Source: Neovahlkampfia damariscottae
Lineage: Eukaryota
Length of the DNA stretch: 64,000 bases
Direction: 5' to 3'
NCBI GenBank assembly: GCA_016618085.1
Contig: JABLTG010000030.1
Coordinates: forward strand, 1 to 64,000
The notes under the pieces: generated by a model
Database searches by the model: none
Told to the model about the DNA's origin: nothing
What the model saw: only the letters and a program-made list of their open reading frames with translations
Shown here: one piece after another, positions 63,254 to 64,000 of the stretch
Position numbering within the stretch: the stretch's first letter is position 1
Layout of the letters: each line of letters begins with the position of its first letter
Made by a program: the position numbers and the translations under genes

Positions 63254-63788
63254 ATCATCATTTTCATGTCATACCAAAGTTCTTGACCATGAACTACTTC
63301 AGAAGGTCCTAATAAAGAAACTGTGTTAAAAATATAATTTGTCAAACCCATTAGTTCAAATCCACAATTTTTATAAAATGATATTAAATTTTCTTTACAT
63401 AGTAAAAATATCCTTTTGATACTTTTGTGTTTTTTGATTTCTATCAGATATTCATTCATAATTTTTGTTCCTAATCCTTTTCTTCTTGCTTTTTCAGCTA
63501 CAACGACACTATGAATACATAATGTTTCTAAACTCAATAATTGTTTAATTTACCACCATTTTTAACATGTTCAAACATTGAATCATGTGTTAATTTTTCA
63601 TCATTAGAAAGAGTTCCACAAACGTATCCAATTATTTTTTCATTTTCATCAAAATGACCTAAAAAATAATCACCTGCATTTTTTAATCGATAAAGTAAAT
63701 TCTCTTTTGAAGCAGCTTCATCAGATGGATAACCTGCTTCTTCCAATATTGCAACTTCTTGCAAGTTTTTTTCAGACAAGATTTTCAT
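63250..63788 (-). CDS. GNAT polyamine/aralkylamine N-acetyltransferase-like protein
   Basis: LEEAGYPSDEAAS, TLCIHSVVV...RRKGLG, LLCKENLISFY, SEVVHG...W motifs. Confidence 0.85.
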
Positions 63789-63805
63789 TGGTTCAATTTT
63801 GATTT

Positions 63806-64000
63806 TTATTTTTTTAAAAATTTGTCCATTGGTGATGCTCCTTTCTTTTTTTTCTTGTCACTTTTTTTTGGTGTCTTTTCTTTCTTTTTTTTATCACTTT
63901 TTGGAGTTTTGACTTTTTCAACTTTTTTGACAACTTCTTTTTCTTCTTCTGATTCAGATTCTTCTTTATCTGAGTCTTCTGCTTCTTTTTCGTCTTCTTC
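63806..64000 (-). CDS. 3' end of a K/E-rich protein, truncated by the window edge
   Basis: Open frame ...EEDEKEAEDSDK...KKGASPMDKFLKK*. Confidence 0.6.
   Translation of the reverse strand, partial: EEDEKEAEDSDKEESESEEEKEVVKKVEKVKTPKSDKKKKEKTPKKSDKKKKKGASPMDKFLKK

Noticed and set aside
1..64000. CRISPR arrays, transposons, tRNA or rRNA genes, non-GT-AG introns
   Set aside because: None recognised by eye; every intron I modelled fits GT-AG.

Overview
Very AT-rich, extremely gene-dense eukaryotic (protist) nuclear DNA. It uses the standard genetic code and has many short (about 28-40 nt) GT-AG introns. A heterolobosean/amoeboid origin is my inference only, from the EGF-repeat style and gene content. 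The window opens with an (AAACCC)n telomere-like tract and holds about 38 protein genes, one EF2-like pseudogene and one candidate box C/D snoRNA. Splice models were assembled by hand. Most notable: (1) an intron-containing homologue of the archaeal tetraether-synthase (Tes/GDGT-MAS) radical-SAM family that lacks the CxxxCxxC motif but keeps the N- and C-terminal metal ligands; (2) an ADF-H-like protein carrying about six Hsp70-lid-like repeats; (3) 3-nt and 5-nt microexons, the 3-nt one conserved in two alkaline phosphatase paralogues that also differ reciprocally in intron presence; (4) a roughly 5,500-aa EGF/LRR/IPT/multi-TM receptor with prokaryote-like modules; (5) a near-universal CCAAT promoter grammar and convergent genes sharing TTAA stop codons. 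All family assignments come from motif recognition, not from database searches.
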